A DNA stretch of 64,000 nucleotides from an uncultured Alphaproteobacteria bacterium (GTDB lineage: Bacteria > Pseudomonadota > Alphaproteobacteria > Rhizobiales > Hyphomicrobiaceae), in contig CAVSZX010000029.1 of NCBI GenBank assembly GCA_963732525.1, positions 3,458 to 67,457 on the forward strand, written 5' to 3'. This document shows, in pieces, positions 1 through 10,587 of the stretch. The position numbers and the translations under genes are program-made. Below the pieces are notes generated by a model. The model worked only from the letters and a program-made list of their open reading frames with translations. It had not been told where the DNA came from and searched no databases. Positions within the stretch are counted from its first letter, which is position 1. Every line of letters begins with the position of its first letter.

Positions 1-435
1 GAAACGTCGGCCGATCCGCTGTTGAAAAGCTACGCCCAATTGCAGGCTGCATCGCTGCGCATGGGGGACGCCGACTTTACCGAGATGCAGAATCGGCTCA
101 ATCCGCTAGTCGGGGATTCGAGTCCCTTCAAGATCAGCGCCCGTGAACTCCTCGGGCTCTCGGCCTTCAAGGCCGGCAAATACGAAGATGCGCGCAAGCA
201 GCTCGAGCCCTTGCTGATCGATCCGGCGGCCTCGCGGCCGATCCAGGAGCGCATCAAGGTGGTGATGGCCAAGATCGCCGGGGCCGAAGTGGCAGCGGCA
301 CCCGCTGCTGCGGCGCCTGCCGCGCCGGCTGCGACCCCGGGCACAAACGAGACGACGCCCGCTTCGGGCGCGGCCGGGACGCCTGCCGCGGCACCGGCTT
401 CGGACGAACAGAAGAAAGACGCAGAGAAGAAGTAG
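1..435 (+). CDS. YfgM-like TPR protein, C-terminal part (5' end outside window)
   Basis: Helical ARELLGLSAFKAGKYEDARK segment plus Ala/Pro tail; lies directly upstream of bamB-like and der, the usual yfgM-bamB-der order. Confidence 0.7.
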   Translation, partial: ETSADPLLKSYAQLQAASLRMGDADFTEMQNRLNPLVGDSSPFKISARELLGLSAFKAGKYEDARKQLEPLLIDPAASRPIQERIKVVMAKIAGAEVAAAPAAAAPAAPAATPGTNETTPASGAAGTPAAAPASDEQKKDAEKK

Positions 436-489
436 CAGAGCAGTCACTTCGGGGGACGGCATTTGAAAATGGCCAGGCGGGAGGGACGA

Positions 490-1815
490 ATGCGCACAAG
501 GATTACGGCGATCGCCGTGACGTTGGCGGCGCTTCTCGCCGGCGGCTGCGGCAGCGATGGTCCGACGCTACCCAAGCTTTCCGAGCTGAACCCGTTCAAG
601 GAAAAGCAGACGCCGCTGCCCGGGCGCCGCGTGCCCATCGTCCAGACCACCGAAAGCATTTCCGGAAATCTCGCCGACGCCGACCATCCGATCACGCTGC
701 CGCCGCAGCGCGCCAACGACACCTGGGCGCAGCCTGGCGGCGACGCCAACAACGCGCCGGGTCATCTGGCGCTGGCAGGCAGCATGCATCAGGCCTGGTC
801 GCAGAGTGCGGGTGAAGGTTCGTCCAAGACGGGACGCGTCATGGCGAGCCCCATCGTCTTCGACGGCAAAGTTTATGCGCTCGATTCCGAAGGCAAGGTC
901 ACGGCGTTCAACCTCTCGGGTGGCAAAGTCTTCCAGGTTTCGACCGCGCCGGAAAAAGAGGATACGGCCGGCGGTCACGGCGGCGGTCTCGCAGCCGAGA
1001 ACGGCCGTCTCTACGTCGCCAACGGCTATGGCGTCGTCGCCGCGCTCGATCCGGGCTCGGGGCACGTGCTGTGGCAGAAAAATCTCGGAGCGCCGGTGCG
1101 CGCCGCGCCGACCGCCTCCGCCGATAAGCTGTTCGTCGTTACCGTCGCCGGACGCTTCTATTGCCTCTCGGGCAGCGATGGCTCGGAACTGTGGGCCGTG
1201 CGAGGACTGCCGCAACAGGCAAGTCTGATGACGTCGACCAGCCCCGCCGTCGATGGCGAGGTCGTGATCGTTCCTTATCCCTCCGGCGATCTGATGGCGC
1301 TGAAAGTCGCCGACGGCTCGCCGCTGTGGACCGACAGTCTCTCGCGCACGCGCACCACATCGGAACTCGCCTCAATGAGCGATGCGGCCCGCCCTGCCAT
1401 CGATGGCGGCACCGTGTTCGCGGTTGGCCATGCGGGCCGCATGATCGCGACCAGCATCAAGAGCGGCGAACGCCTGTGGTCGGTCAACATACCCGGCATC
1501 CAGACGCCGTGGGTGGCGGGCGATACGGTCTACGTGGTCAACACGCGCGGCGAGCTGATGGCGCTGTCCCGGACCGACGGCAAGACGCGGTGGACCGCGA
1601 GCCTGCCTGAATCGCGCACCTGGTCGGGGCCGGTGCTCGCAGGCGGCACGCTCTGGCTCACCTCCAACAAGGGCCGCCTGATCGCCGTCGATGCGACCAC
1701 AGGAAAGGTCGGTAACCAGGTTGATCTCGGCGAAGCTGTCTACATTGCCCCGATCGTGGCGCAAGGCCGCATGTTCGTCTTGACCGACAGCGCGAAACTC
1801 ATCGCCCTCAACTGA
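490..1815 (+). CDS. PQQ-like beta-propeller lipoprotein (BamB-like)
   Basis: Lipobox-like LAGGC; repeated ALD..G..LW propeller motifs; upstream of der. Confidence 0.85.
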   Translation: MRTRITAIAVTLAALLAGGCGSDGPTLPKLSELNPFKEKQTPLPGRRVPIVQTTESISGNLADADHPITLPPQRANDTWAQPGGDANNAPGHLALAGSMHQAWSQSAGEGSSKTGRVMASPIVFDGKVYALDSEGKVTAFNLSGGKVFQVSTAPEKEDTAGGHGGGLAAENGRLYVANGYGVVAALDPGSGHVLWQKNLGAPVRAAPTASADKLFVVTVAGRFYCLSGSDGSELWAVRGLPQQASLMTSTSPAVDGEVVIVPYPSGDLMALKVADGSPLWTDSLSRTRTTSELASMSDAARPAIDGGTVFAVGHAGRMIATSIKSGERLWSVNIPGIQTPWVAGDTVYVVNTRGELMALSRTDGKTRWTASLPESRTWSGPVLAGGTLWLTSNKGRLIAVDATTGKVGNQVDLGEAVYIAPIVAQGRMFVLTDSAKLIALN

Positions 1816-1836
1816 TTTCTGCGCTACAGAACCGAT

Positions 1837-2066
1837 TAGTACCCGGAATCATAAATGGCTAACACGTCTGATCGCAGAGGCCGAGGTGCCCCGAAGGCGC
1901 GGAACGCACCGGGCGCCCGGGATCTGCGACCCTTCGGGCGGCCGAAGATGCAGGCCGGGGGCGTCGCGAGGTCTTGGAGATGAGAAACATCGCCTGCGAC
2001 CTCGCTCCTGCCCGGCCAGCATCTTGGGCCGTCAGCCGTGCTAGCCATTTATGATTCCGGGTACTA
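1837..2066. mobile_element. MITE with about 35-bp terminal inverted repeats and TA duplication (IS630/Tc1-mariner type)
   Basis: TAGTACCCGGAATCATAAATGGCTAACACGTCTGA (1837-1871) vs reverse complement of 2032-2066: 33/35 identical; TA at both outer ends; no transposase; internal hairpins. Confidence 0.85.
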
Positions 2067-2155
2067 GACGCGCGGCCCCGGCTCTGCCAACAGCCCGGGG
2101 CCGTCGCGCTTTTCAGCGTCCCTTTCAAGCGCCCAAAGAAACCGTCTCAAGACAG

Positions 2156-3538
2156 ATGTCAGACATTCATACCGTGGCCATCATCGGCCGGCCCAACGTC
2201 GGCAAGTCGACGCTGTTCAATCGCCTGACCGCGACGCGGGCGGCGCTCGTCTCCGATATCCCGGGACTGACGCGCGATCGTCGCGACGGCATCGCGGATC
2301 TGGGCGGCGCCACGGTGTCGCTCGTCGATACCGCCGGTCTCGAGGAGGCGGCTCCCGGCTCGATCGCCGACCGCATGCGCAAGCAATCCGAAAAGGCCAT
2401 CGAGGACGCAGCGCTCGTGCTCTTCGTCGTCGATGCGCGCGCCGGCGTGACGCCGGCCGACACCGCCTTCGCGCGCCTCGTGCGTGCGTCCGGCAAGCCG
2501 GTCATTCTCATCGCCAACAAGGCGGAAGGGCACAAGGGTACGGATGGCTTCTACGAGGCGTTCGAACTCGGCTTCGGCGCGCCGCTGGCGATTTCGGCCG
2601 AGCACGGCGAAGGCATCGGCGATCTCGTCACCGAGATGATCGCGGCGCTGGGACTGAAAATCGAAACGCGCACGCGGAGAAAACGCGGCGAAGCGCCCGA
2701 GATCGAACCGCCGCCGCAGGAACTGCAAAGCCAATCCGCGTCGCCATCGTCGGCCGGCCCAATGCCGGCAAATCGACGCTGGTCAATGCACTCATCGGCG
2801 AGGACCGCATGATCACCGGGCCCGAACCGGGCCTGACGCGCGACAGCGTCGCGAGCGACATCGTCTACAAGGGACAACGCCTGCGCCTCTTCGATACCGC
2901 CGGCTTGCGGCGCAAGGTGCGGATCAGCGAACTCGCCGAAAAGCTCTCCGCCTCCGATGCCGTGCGCGCCATCCGCTTCGCCGAAGTCGTCGTGCTGCTG
3001 ATCGATGCCGAACGCAAAATCGAAAAGCAGGACCTCACCATCGGCGATATGGTGACGCAAGAAGGCCGGGCGCTCGTCATTGCCGTCAACAAGTGGGACA
3101 CGATCGAGAACAAGCAGCTGGCCTTGCGCGAATTGAAGGAGACGGTCGGTCACAGCCTGGCGCAGGTGCCGGGCGTCTCCGTCGTGACGCTCTCTGCCCG
3201 GGCCGAGACCGGGCTCGACCAGCTGCAGACGGCCATCGTCAAATCGCATGACGTCTGGAACCGGCGCGTGCCGACCAACCAATTGAACCGCTGGCTGGAA
3301 GAAGCGCTGTCGCGCCACTCGCCACCTGCCGCCGCCGGACGGCGCATCAAGATCCGCTACATTACGCAGACTTCGACGCGGCCGCCGACGTTCGTGGCAT
3401 TTTGTCAGCGTGCCGAGGCGTTGCCGAACTCCTACCTCAAGTACCTGACGAACAGCCTGCGCGCAGGCGTTCGATCTGCCTGGCGTGCCGATCCGCTTCA
3501 ATTTGCGCAAGGGCGAAAACCCCTTTGCCAAGAAATAG
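2156..3538 (+). CDS. der: Ribosome biogenesis GTPase Der (EngA); apparent frameshifts near 2720 and 3465
   Basis: Two G domains ([12 protein letters not shown]...DTAG...NK; [10 protein letters not shown]...DTAG...NKWD), KH-like domain ending GENPFAKK. Confidence 0.95.
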
Positions 3539-3673
3539 ACGCGGAACGGTCATGTTTTCGGGGTGTGACGGAGCCGAGATCTGGAACGCCGTCCGGCGAA
3601 CAGGTAAGTTGCTCCGGCCGGGGCCTCGAAGTCCGGCCGGCGAGCGGGCGTTAGCAGTAAGAGGACAAGCGAT

Positions 3674-3934
3674 ATGCGGAAGAATGCGAGCAAGCTGAAA
3701 GTGGCCGCCGGCGTGTTGGCGGCGCTGGCCGTGTCGGTGACCGGCGCTCAGGCGTTGCCGAAAAAGGTCAAGGACATGTGCGGTCTGGACTATCAGGATT
3801 TTTGTTCGCAATACCATCCCGACAGCGCCGCGGCGCGCAGCTGCTTTGAAAGCAATCGCCGCTCGCTGACCAAGGACTGCGTGCGCGCGCTCATCGACGC
3901 CGGTGAGGTTCCTGCGAAATATCTGCGGAAATAA
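3674..3934 (+). CDS. Small secreted Cys-rich repeat protein
   Basis: Signal peptide; C..DY..FC ... C......L...C pattern; GAGG RBS. Confidence 0.75.
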   Translation: MRKNASKLKVAAGVLAALAVSVTGAQALPKKVKDMCGLDYQDFCSQYHPDSAAARSCFESNRRSLTKDCVRALIDAGEVPAKYLRK

Positions 3935-4198
3935 GCGCTGGGGGTCACGTGCGCGGCATAACGCCTGAGCGCTAAGGCGCAGCGGGCGGGAACAAGGCAG
4001 CAAACATAAAGAAGGCTGCCGAGTTCACCACCCGCACGGGCGACAGCCGCACGTCTGGCGCCGCTCCGGACCGCTACAGATAAGCTATCCGCGCTCGATC
4101 GCAAGGGGCGCGGCTTATTTATTTCTGCAGACCTCGTCCAGCGGCCTGCTCTATTCTGCGGCAAATTTTGCGCCGCGAGTACGCTGAAGGACGCCGCA

Positions 4199-4657
4199 GT
4201 GTCGAACGCCGCCGAAGTCATGTTCTATCATCTCGAGCGCCAGACGCTCGAACGGGTTCTGCCGAATCTGCTGGAAAAGACGCTGGCGCGCGGCTGGCGG
4301 GCCGTGGTGCAGGCGGGCAGCGAGGAGCGCCTCGAAGCGCTGGATATCTCGCTTTGGACGTATGCCGACGACAGCTTTCTGCCGCACGGTCGGCGAAGCG
4401 CCGGCGCCTCCGGCGAGCAGCCGGTTTATCTCACCATCGGCGACGACACACCGAACGGGGCCGGCGTGCGCTTCATGGTCGACGGCGCCGTGACGCAGGA
4501 GTTCACCTCGCCCTCGCGCATCGTCTATCTGTTCGACGGCCACGACACGGAAGCGGTCGCTGCTGCGCGCGGGCAATGGAGCGCGGCAAAGAGCGCGGGA
4601 TGCGCGGTGACCTATTGGCAGGAAAACGAGGACGGGCGCTGGGAGAAGAAGGCGTGA
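4199..4657 (+). CDS. holC: DNA polymerase III subunit chi
   Basis: FYHL..., LP.LLEK, LW...SFLPHG, AR.QW, YWQ....GRW motifs. Confidence 0.95.
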   Translation: MSNAAEVMFYHLERQTLERVLPNLLEKTLARGWRAVVQAGSEERLEALDISLWTYADDSFLPHGRRSAGASGEQPVYLTIGDDTPNGAGVRFMVDGAVTQEFTSPSRIVYLFDGHDTEAVAAARGQWSAAKSAGCAVTYWQENEDGRWEKKA

Positions 4658-4721
4658 GGATGGAGTTGAAATTCCTTGGGCTGCTTGACAGGCCCGGGAA
4701 GAGGCCGCTCATCACCAGCCC

Positions 4722-5570
4722 ATGAACTATCGCCACGCCTATCATGCCGGTAATTTCGCCGATGTGCTGAAGCACATCGATACTGGCGCTTGTCATCGAG
4801 CACCTGAAGCAGAAGCCGCAGCCGTTCCGGGTCATCGACGTGCACGCGGGGCGCGGCCTCTACGATCTCGAAAGCGTGGAAGCCGGCAAGACTGGCGAAT
4901 GGGAGAGCGGCATCGGCCGCGTGGTGGCGCACGCCGTTCGCGGCAAGTGCGGCGGCCGCTCTCGCGCCTTATCTCGATATCGTGCGCGGCATGAATGCGG
5001 CCGGGACGATACGCACCTATCCGGGCAGTCCGGTGCTGGCCCGCGCCCTGATGCGGCCGGGCGATCAGCTGATCGCCAACGAGCTGCATCCCGAAGATTA
5101 CGCCGCCCTGAAGACGGCACTGGCGAATGCTCCCGGCACCAAGTTCCTGAACCTCGATGCCTGGGTCGCATTGAAGTCCTTGTTGCCGCCGAAAGAGCGG
5201 CGCGGCCTGATCCTGATCGATCCGCCCTTCGAGGCGCCCGACGAATTCGCGCGGCTGGAGCGGGGCGTCGCCGAGGCACTTGAGCGATTTGCAACGGGCG
5301 TCTTCGTCATCTGGTACCCGCTGAAGGACCCGCGCGACGTCAGCCATTTTCTCCGCCACCTTCGGCGGGCTCGGCTTAAAAAGGGCGATCAATGTGACAC
5401 TGAGCGTCGCCGGCCGGGGGCGCGTCCGGGACTCACCGAAACCGGGCGTCGTGGTCATCAACCCGACTTATCTCCTGAAGGAACGCCTGCAAGAGGCACT
5501 GCCGGAACTCGCGACCCAGCTGGCGGACGCTCCAGGCAGCGGGTTTTCGTTGCAGGATTTTACGGCCTGA
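4722..5570 (+). CDS. rlmJ: 23S rRNA m6A2030 methyltransferase RlmJ; several apparent frameshifts
   Basis: MNYRHAYHAGNFADVLKH, HAGRGLYDL, YPGSP, ELHP, LIDPPFE, WYPLK across frames. Confidence 0.93.
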
Positions 5571-5908
5571 AGGTGCCGCTTACTTGGCCGCATACTGGCC
5601 CGCCTGCTGGCCCGATCACCAGTCCATCACTGGCCAGCGGGCATTTGCAGCCTGCTGAAGGCGCCTTTCGGCTTGCGGACAACGGGCGATTTTGCAGTAA
5701 CTAGCGCGCACCAACCGGGTGGAGAGGCTGAGCTTTCCCCGTTGCGTCGCGTGAAAGGTGCCCGGCGTTACGTGCGCTTCAGGTCGAGGCGAAACGGCTG
5801 GCGCAGTGGCTTGCCCTGCTCTATGGTGCGGGCGGGGAACCTGTGCGCTTCCATTCCTCCTCGCACCGCTCGCGGACTCCTGCGCGAGTGACATTGAGGA
5901 GACTTCGC

Positions 5909-6124
5909 ATGCGCCAGACTGGCACCGTCAAATTCTACAATACACAAAAGGGCTATGGCTTCATCAAACCCGACGATGGCGGTAACGATATTTTCGTGCA
6001 TGTCACCGCGGTCGAGCGGTCCGGCATCGGCTCGCTCGCCGAAGGCATGCGCATCTCGTTCGAGACCGAGCCCGACAAGCGCGGCAAGGGACCAAAGGCC
6101 GTGAACCTGCAGCAGGCGAGCTGA
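5909..6124 (+). CDS. Cold-shock protein (CspA family)
   Basis: GTVKFYN..KGYGFI, DIFVHVTA; GAGGAG RBS; long upstream untranslated region. Confidence 0.95.
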   Translation: MRQTGTVKFYNTQKGYGFIKPDDGGNDIFVHVTAVERSGIGSLAEGMRISFETEPDKRGKGPKAVNLQQAS

Positions 6125-6399
6125 TCGTCCGCACCGGGTTTTGCATTCGCCGACCATTTCCGAGTGACCCTTTCGCCACGCGATATTTTCGAATTGCGTC
6201 GCTGGCGGCTCTGCGCCCCAGTTGAGTAGTGCGCTCATGCCGGCAAAGCGGCAGACTTAGGGGGCTTGTCCAGATCCGATGCAGTCGGCTGCCGGCGGCA
6301 ATGGCATGGGGACCTTCTGCGCTAATCGCTCTTGCCCTGGGATCAAAGGACCCGATTGCGGAATTCAGTGGCGCAAGTACTTTGGAAGGAGATTGGAAA

Positions 6400-6675
6400 A
6401 TGAAAAAAGCGATTGTGATCGCCGCGACGATGATTACGGGCGCTCTCGGCATGACCAGTGTCGAGGCGGCCCATAAGCCCGGGCATCACGGCTGCGTCAT
6501 GGCCGGCGGCGAAGCCACCATGGTGACCCAGGATCTCGCGAAGTTCATGGCCGAGGCGGCCCTGAAGAATTCCATCGCCGCTCATGGTTGGACCGCCAAG
6601 GGCGACATCAAGATGAAGTGCGATACGCCGAACGGGCTGCCGCATTGCATGGCCCGTCGGCGGGCCTGCGGCTGA
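6400..6675 (+). CDS. Small secreted protein with 4 Cys
   Basis: AAGGAG RBS, signal peptide MKKAIVIAA...VEA, downstream hairpin. Confidence 0.8.
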   Translation: MKKAIVIAATMITGALGMTSVEAAHKPGHHGCVMAGGEATMVTQDLAKFMAEAALKNSIAAHGWTAKGDIKMKCDTPNGLPHCMARRRACG

Positions 6676-6710
6676 TCTCGCGGCCGGCGCAGTCGTCGTC
6701 TCGTAATGGA

Positions 6711-6743
6711 AAGGGCCCGCAGGAGGTCATCCGGCGGGCCCTT
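6711..6743. terminator. Hairpin between convergent genes, probable terminator
   Basis: AAGGGCCCGC / GCGGGCCCTT inverted repeat. Confidence 0.6.
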
Positions 6744-6765
6744 ACGTCATGACGCGTGCAAACGC

Positions 6766-7059
6766 TTATGCCTTCGCCATCATCGAGCGCAGAAGTCCGA
6801 CGATCACCATGACGATGCCGCCGCCGGCGCCGCCCGAGGCGAGCTGCGTCAGGATGGCCATCGGATCGAGACCCGCACCGGCAGCGGCCGGCGGCAGGTT
6901 GAGCAGCGAGCCGAGTATCTGGCCGCCGAGACCGCCGCCGACGATACCCGCGAGCGAGTTGCCGAGCGTTCCAAGGCTAAGGTTTTTGAGCAGTGCACCG
7001 GCCACGTTACCGCCGAGCGCGCCACTGATGAGCTGAATGATGAGTGTTGTCAGATCCAT
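6766..7059 (-). CDS. Small Gly-zipper membrane protein (GlsB/YeaQ/YmgE-like)
   Basis: MDLTTLIIQLISGALGGNVAGALLK.LSLGTLGNSLAGIVGGGLGGQIL; GGAGG RBS. Confidence 0.85.
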   Translation of the reverse strand: MDLTTLIIQLISGALGGNVAGALLKNLSLGTLGNSLAGIVGGGLGGQILGSLLNLPPAAAGAGLDPMAILTQLASGGAGGGIVMVIVGLLRSMMAKA

Positions 7060-7340
7060 TGCGTCCTCCACTTGTGATGGGCAGTGCCTGTCCGGGTTTG
7101 GCTGTCGCCCCCGGGTCGCAGGTCCGCAATTCCCTACGCCTCCCACAATGGAGCATCTTACGACGTGTGCGCGACAAACGCCGAAAAGCGCCTGCATATG
7201 AGGCGAATGGCGGGGAAGCGTGATCGTACAGTAACAAGCCGAAACGAATAGTCGGCTCCCCCATGATTGTTGAAGGAAGCGTTCAGAAGTTTGGGTAAGG
7301 TTGGGACGATACCGAGGCCACGCATTCAAGGACCAGACCG

Positions 7341-7651
7341 ATGACACGAAAGATCATTTCAGCCATTTTAATCAGTGGGTTGGCGATTGCTGTTGCGGCT
7401 CCGGCGCTGGCCGGCAGCAAGAGCGGCGCCAAAGTGAAGGGCCACATGCGAACGCCGCGGCGGCTATTCCTATAGCTACGCCGACTCGAGTGAACACTTA
7501 TGGCGACAGCCGTTCCAAGTACGGCTCGGCGTCGGTTTTTCGCGACCCCTCGCTGGATAGGCAGACCAAGTCCGGTCCCTTCGATCACGGCTTCTTCTTC
7601 AATTCTGGGCTAGGCGGACCGCATGGCGGCGACAGTCCTTACATGAACTGA
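7341..7651 (+). CDS. Small secreted hypothetical protein; apparent frameshifts at about 7455-7490
   Basis: Signal peptide MTRKIISAILISGLAIAVAAPALA joins a downstream frame ending RQTKSGPFDHGFFFNSG...SPYMN; terminator follows. Confidence 0.6.
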
Positions 7652-7715
7652 TGGCGTGAACTGATGGCGCGGCCGTATCATCAGATTTGATACCGCCGTC
7701 GGCCGAACGATTGCG

Positions 7716-7743
7716 AGAGGGGTGGCCTGTGCCGCCCCTTTTT
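7716..7743 (+). terminator. Rho-independent terminator
   Basis: AGGGGTGGC-ctgt-GCCGCCCCT followed by TTTT. Confidence 0.7.
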
Positions 7744-7895
7744 GCGTTTGCTGTCACCGGACGGGACGCGCACCGCGGCACTTTTCTGTGACAGTGTTGC
7801 AAGCAAACCCGGCCGAGCCCTGGTCAGGCCATTTTGCCGTGGCTATAACACGGCGAGACTCACTCATGAATTCGCCATTCGCGGAGCGACCTCAC

Positions 7896-8460
7896 ATGTA
7901 CCACTCAACCCGTTTCATTGCCGCAGCAGCGGCCCTGGTTCTGGGCACGGCCGCGTTCGTGGCCCCGGCTTCGGCGGCGTGCACGCGCCTTGCGTTTTCG
8001 GTCAACGATTACGGCAAAGACGGCCCGACGCGCGACGCCAAGCAGCTGCTCGACAAGTACGTCGCCAAGTGGGCCAAGGACCATGGCATCGGCAAGTACA
8101 CGACCGGCAAGAAGGACGTGTCGTGCGAGCTGTTCTTGAATTTCATCCTGTTCGACGAGCACACCTGCAAGGCCGAGGCCAGCGTCTGCTGGGACGGCCC
8201 AGCGGTTCCCGGCGTCAAGTCCGAAGCGGCCGCAACGGACGCTCCGGCGTCGGCGGGCGACAAAGCTGCGAAGCCGGCCGTGAAGTCGATTCCAGTCAAA
8301 GCTGCCGCCAAGCCAGCCGAGGCTGCAAAGGCGGCGGCGCCCGTCGAGACCGGTTCAACGATCAAGAGCGTGCCGGAAGAAGCGCCGAGCCCACCGGCCG
8401 CGATCGAGATCGACGCCCAAAGTCGAAGCGCCCGCGCCCGAGAAGCCGGCTGCGAACTGA
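7896..8460 (+). CDS. Secreted protein: 4-Cys N-terminal domain plus Ala/Pro/Lys tail (3' end uncertain, 8460 or 8522)
   Basis: Signal peptide MYHSTRFIAAAAALVLG...ASA; C-terminal low complexity continues in a shifted frame to TGA 8460. Confidence 0.7.
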
Positions 8461-8518
8461 CAGTTCCCGCGACAGATGTTGTAACGATCGGGCCTCGCAG
8501 TCGACACCACTGCGGGGC

Positions 8519-9324
8519 CTAATCTTTTGCCGGCGTCGTCAAGGTATCGAGTCTGAGGCGGTGGCGCTCGTCGGTGAGGAAGTGGACCGCTGCCAGACCC
8601 GCCGTCAGCACCGCGATGGTGGTGGCGCCGGCAATCAGGAACATGATCAGCACCTGATACTTCGCCGCTTCCAGCGGATCGATGCCGGCGAGAATTTGCC
8701 CCGTCATCATGCCGGGCAGCGAGACGACGCCGGCCGCGGCCATCGAATTCAACAGCGGCATCATCGCCGTTCGCAGCGTGCGGCGCAGAATATCCTCGAA
8801 GGCCTTAAGTCGCGTCTCGCCGAGCGCCAGGCGGCTGTCGATGACGCGCGTTCCCGCCGCGCCGCCGACGTCATGGTGTCGAGCACGAGACCGACGCCGG
8901 TCAGCGCATTGCCGACCAGCATGCCGAGGATGGGCAGCAGGAAGCGCGGCGCGTACCAGGGCTCGCGGCTGGATGATGGCCAGGGCCAGGAACGTCGTCG
9001 CGAGGCCCGACAGAAAGGCGGGCGAAGCGCCGAGCAGCGTCGCCGTCCAGCTCTTGAAACGCGAGGTCTGGCGCATGATGATTTCGAGCAGCAGGCCGCG
9101 GCCATGAGCATGGCAAAGGCGATCGACCACAGCGGCGTCGTCTCAGCGAAGATGAACCGCAGCACGAGCGCAACAGCGGCGAGCTGCACGACCATCCGCA
9201 GCGATGCCACGGCCAGGCTCTTTTCGAGCTTCAGTCCATAGGCGAGCGACACGGCGCCGTTCAACAGGACGAGGATCGCCGCGAGCGCCAGATCGAGAGT
9301 GCTGAGCGGAATGTATCCCGTCAT
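8519..9324 (-). CDS. fetB: ABC transporter permease, FetB/YbbM (UPF0014) family; apparent frameshifts
   Basis: RMVVQL, PWY.PR.LLPILGMLVGN, ALGET, GVVSLPGMMTGQILAG.DP..A.KYQ. Confidence 0.85.
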
Positions 9325-9938
9325 GGCCGCGCCGCTCCGACGACGCCGGGCTGGCGGGCGAGCTGCAGGCGGACACTGGCGAGGCGGGCGACTGCGTTGT
9401 CCTCGTGCGTGGTGACGATGACCGAGCTGCCGGCGAGCAGCTGGAAGCGGATCAATTCGGCAACCAGCGCCGCCGTCGGCTTGTCGAGGGCCGAGACCGG
9501 TTCGTCGAGCAGCAGCACCGCCGGATCGTCGATGATCGCCCGCGCCAGGGCGAGGCGCTGGCGCTGACCTGTGGAAAGCGATGCGACCGGCTTGTCGAGA
9601 TCGGCAGCCGTGAGGCCCAGGGAATGGACGAGGCGTTCGAGGCGTTGGGTAGCGCTGCTGTCGGCGAGTGTAAAAGCCGCGCGCGCCGTCTCCGTCCACC
9701 AGACCGGTTCGGCGGAGGCGAAACGTACGCGCTTGCGCCACGCGGGGCCTGCGATTTCGCGCCGCTCGACCCCGTCGAGAAAGACGAAGCCGCTGACGGA
9801 ATCGAGATCGGCGAGCGCGCGTAGCAGCCGCGTCTTGCCCGAGCCCGATGGACCCTCGATGGCCAGGCACTCGCCGTTCGCTACAGTGAAGGAGAGTGGC
9901 GGCAGGGGAGCGATCTTGACTTTGTCGGCGCGCAGCAA
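9321..9938 (-). CDS. ABC transporter ATP-binding protein (FetA-like)
   Basis: GPSGSGKT, LSTGQRQR, LLLDEP, TTH; overlaps the permease start. Confidence 0.88.
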   Translation of the reverse strand: MLRADKVKIAPLPPLSFTVANGECLAIEGPSGSGKTRLLRALADLDSVSGFVFLDGVERREIAGPAWRKRVRFASAEPVWWTETARAAFTLADSSATQRLERLVHSLGLTAADLDKPVASLSTGQRQRLALARAIIDDPAVLLLDEPVSALDKPTAALVAELIRFQLLAGSSVIVTTHEDNAVARLASVRLQLARQPGVVGAARP

Positions 9939-10031
9939 GGTCGGCCTCGTCGATCCGGATGGATGCGCGCGAGGCTTAGCAAGTGTTTGGCGTCAGAGCT
10001 ATGGGGCGCAACCGTATCGAGGCGGCGAATT

Positions 10032-10400
10032 TCAGGCCGCGACCTGGATCTCGTGAAGCTTCATCTCGATGATGTCACGATTGAAAGGCTTCAGCAGGTA
10101 GTCGTCGGCCCCCGATTTGAAGGCGCGGGTCACGTCGGGGATATCGTTCTCGGTGACGAGATAGATGATATAGGGGCGCTTTTCGAGCACCGCGCGCCGC
10201 AGGGCCGCGATGAGGTCGTGGCTGGAGACGCCCGGAATGATCCAGTCGACGAGGATGTAGTCCGGCGCGTCGGTCTTGGCGCGCTCGAGCGCTTCCTTGC
10301 CGTTTTCGGCTTCGCTGACCCGGAATGACAGGCTCTCGAAAATGAGCCGGGCATATTTGCGGATCACGGGAGAGTCATCGACGATCAGCACGTGCTTCAT
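10032..10400 (-). CDS. Single-domain CheY-like response regulator
   Basis: VLIVDDS, ILVDW phospho-Asp, YLLKPF; downstream of chpT as in other Rhizobiales. Confidence 0.9.
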   Translation of the reverse strand: MKHVLIVDDSPVIRKYARLIFESLSFRVSEAENGKEALERAKTDAPDYILVDWIIPGVSSHDLIAALRRAVLEKRPYIIYLVTENDIPDVTRAFKSGADDYLLKPFNRDIIEMKLHEIQVAA

Positions 10401-10492
10401 GTTCGGCCGGCTCGGTTTCATGATTGGCGGACGTGACGAGCATAGGCGCATGCGCGCAAGGCCGCGCGTGGCCAGAGTTTGCCGCGAAACCT

Positions 10493-10507
10493 CTAATCAG
10501 TTGTTAA
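10493..10507 (-). promoter_or_regulatory. CtrA-like box upstream of the CheY-like gene
   Basis: Minus strand TTAA-N7-TTAG, one mismatch to TTAA-N7-TTAA. Confidence 0.5.
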
Positions 10508-10587
10508 AGCCTGTCCGCACACCGGACTGCGGCGTACACGCGGCGATTCAGCCAGAGCCGGACGGCTGCCGGAACGGCACGCTGCGT

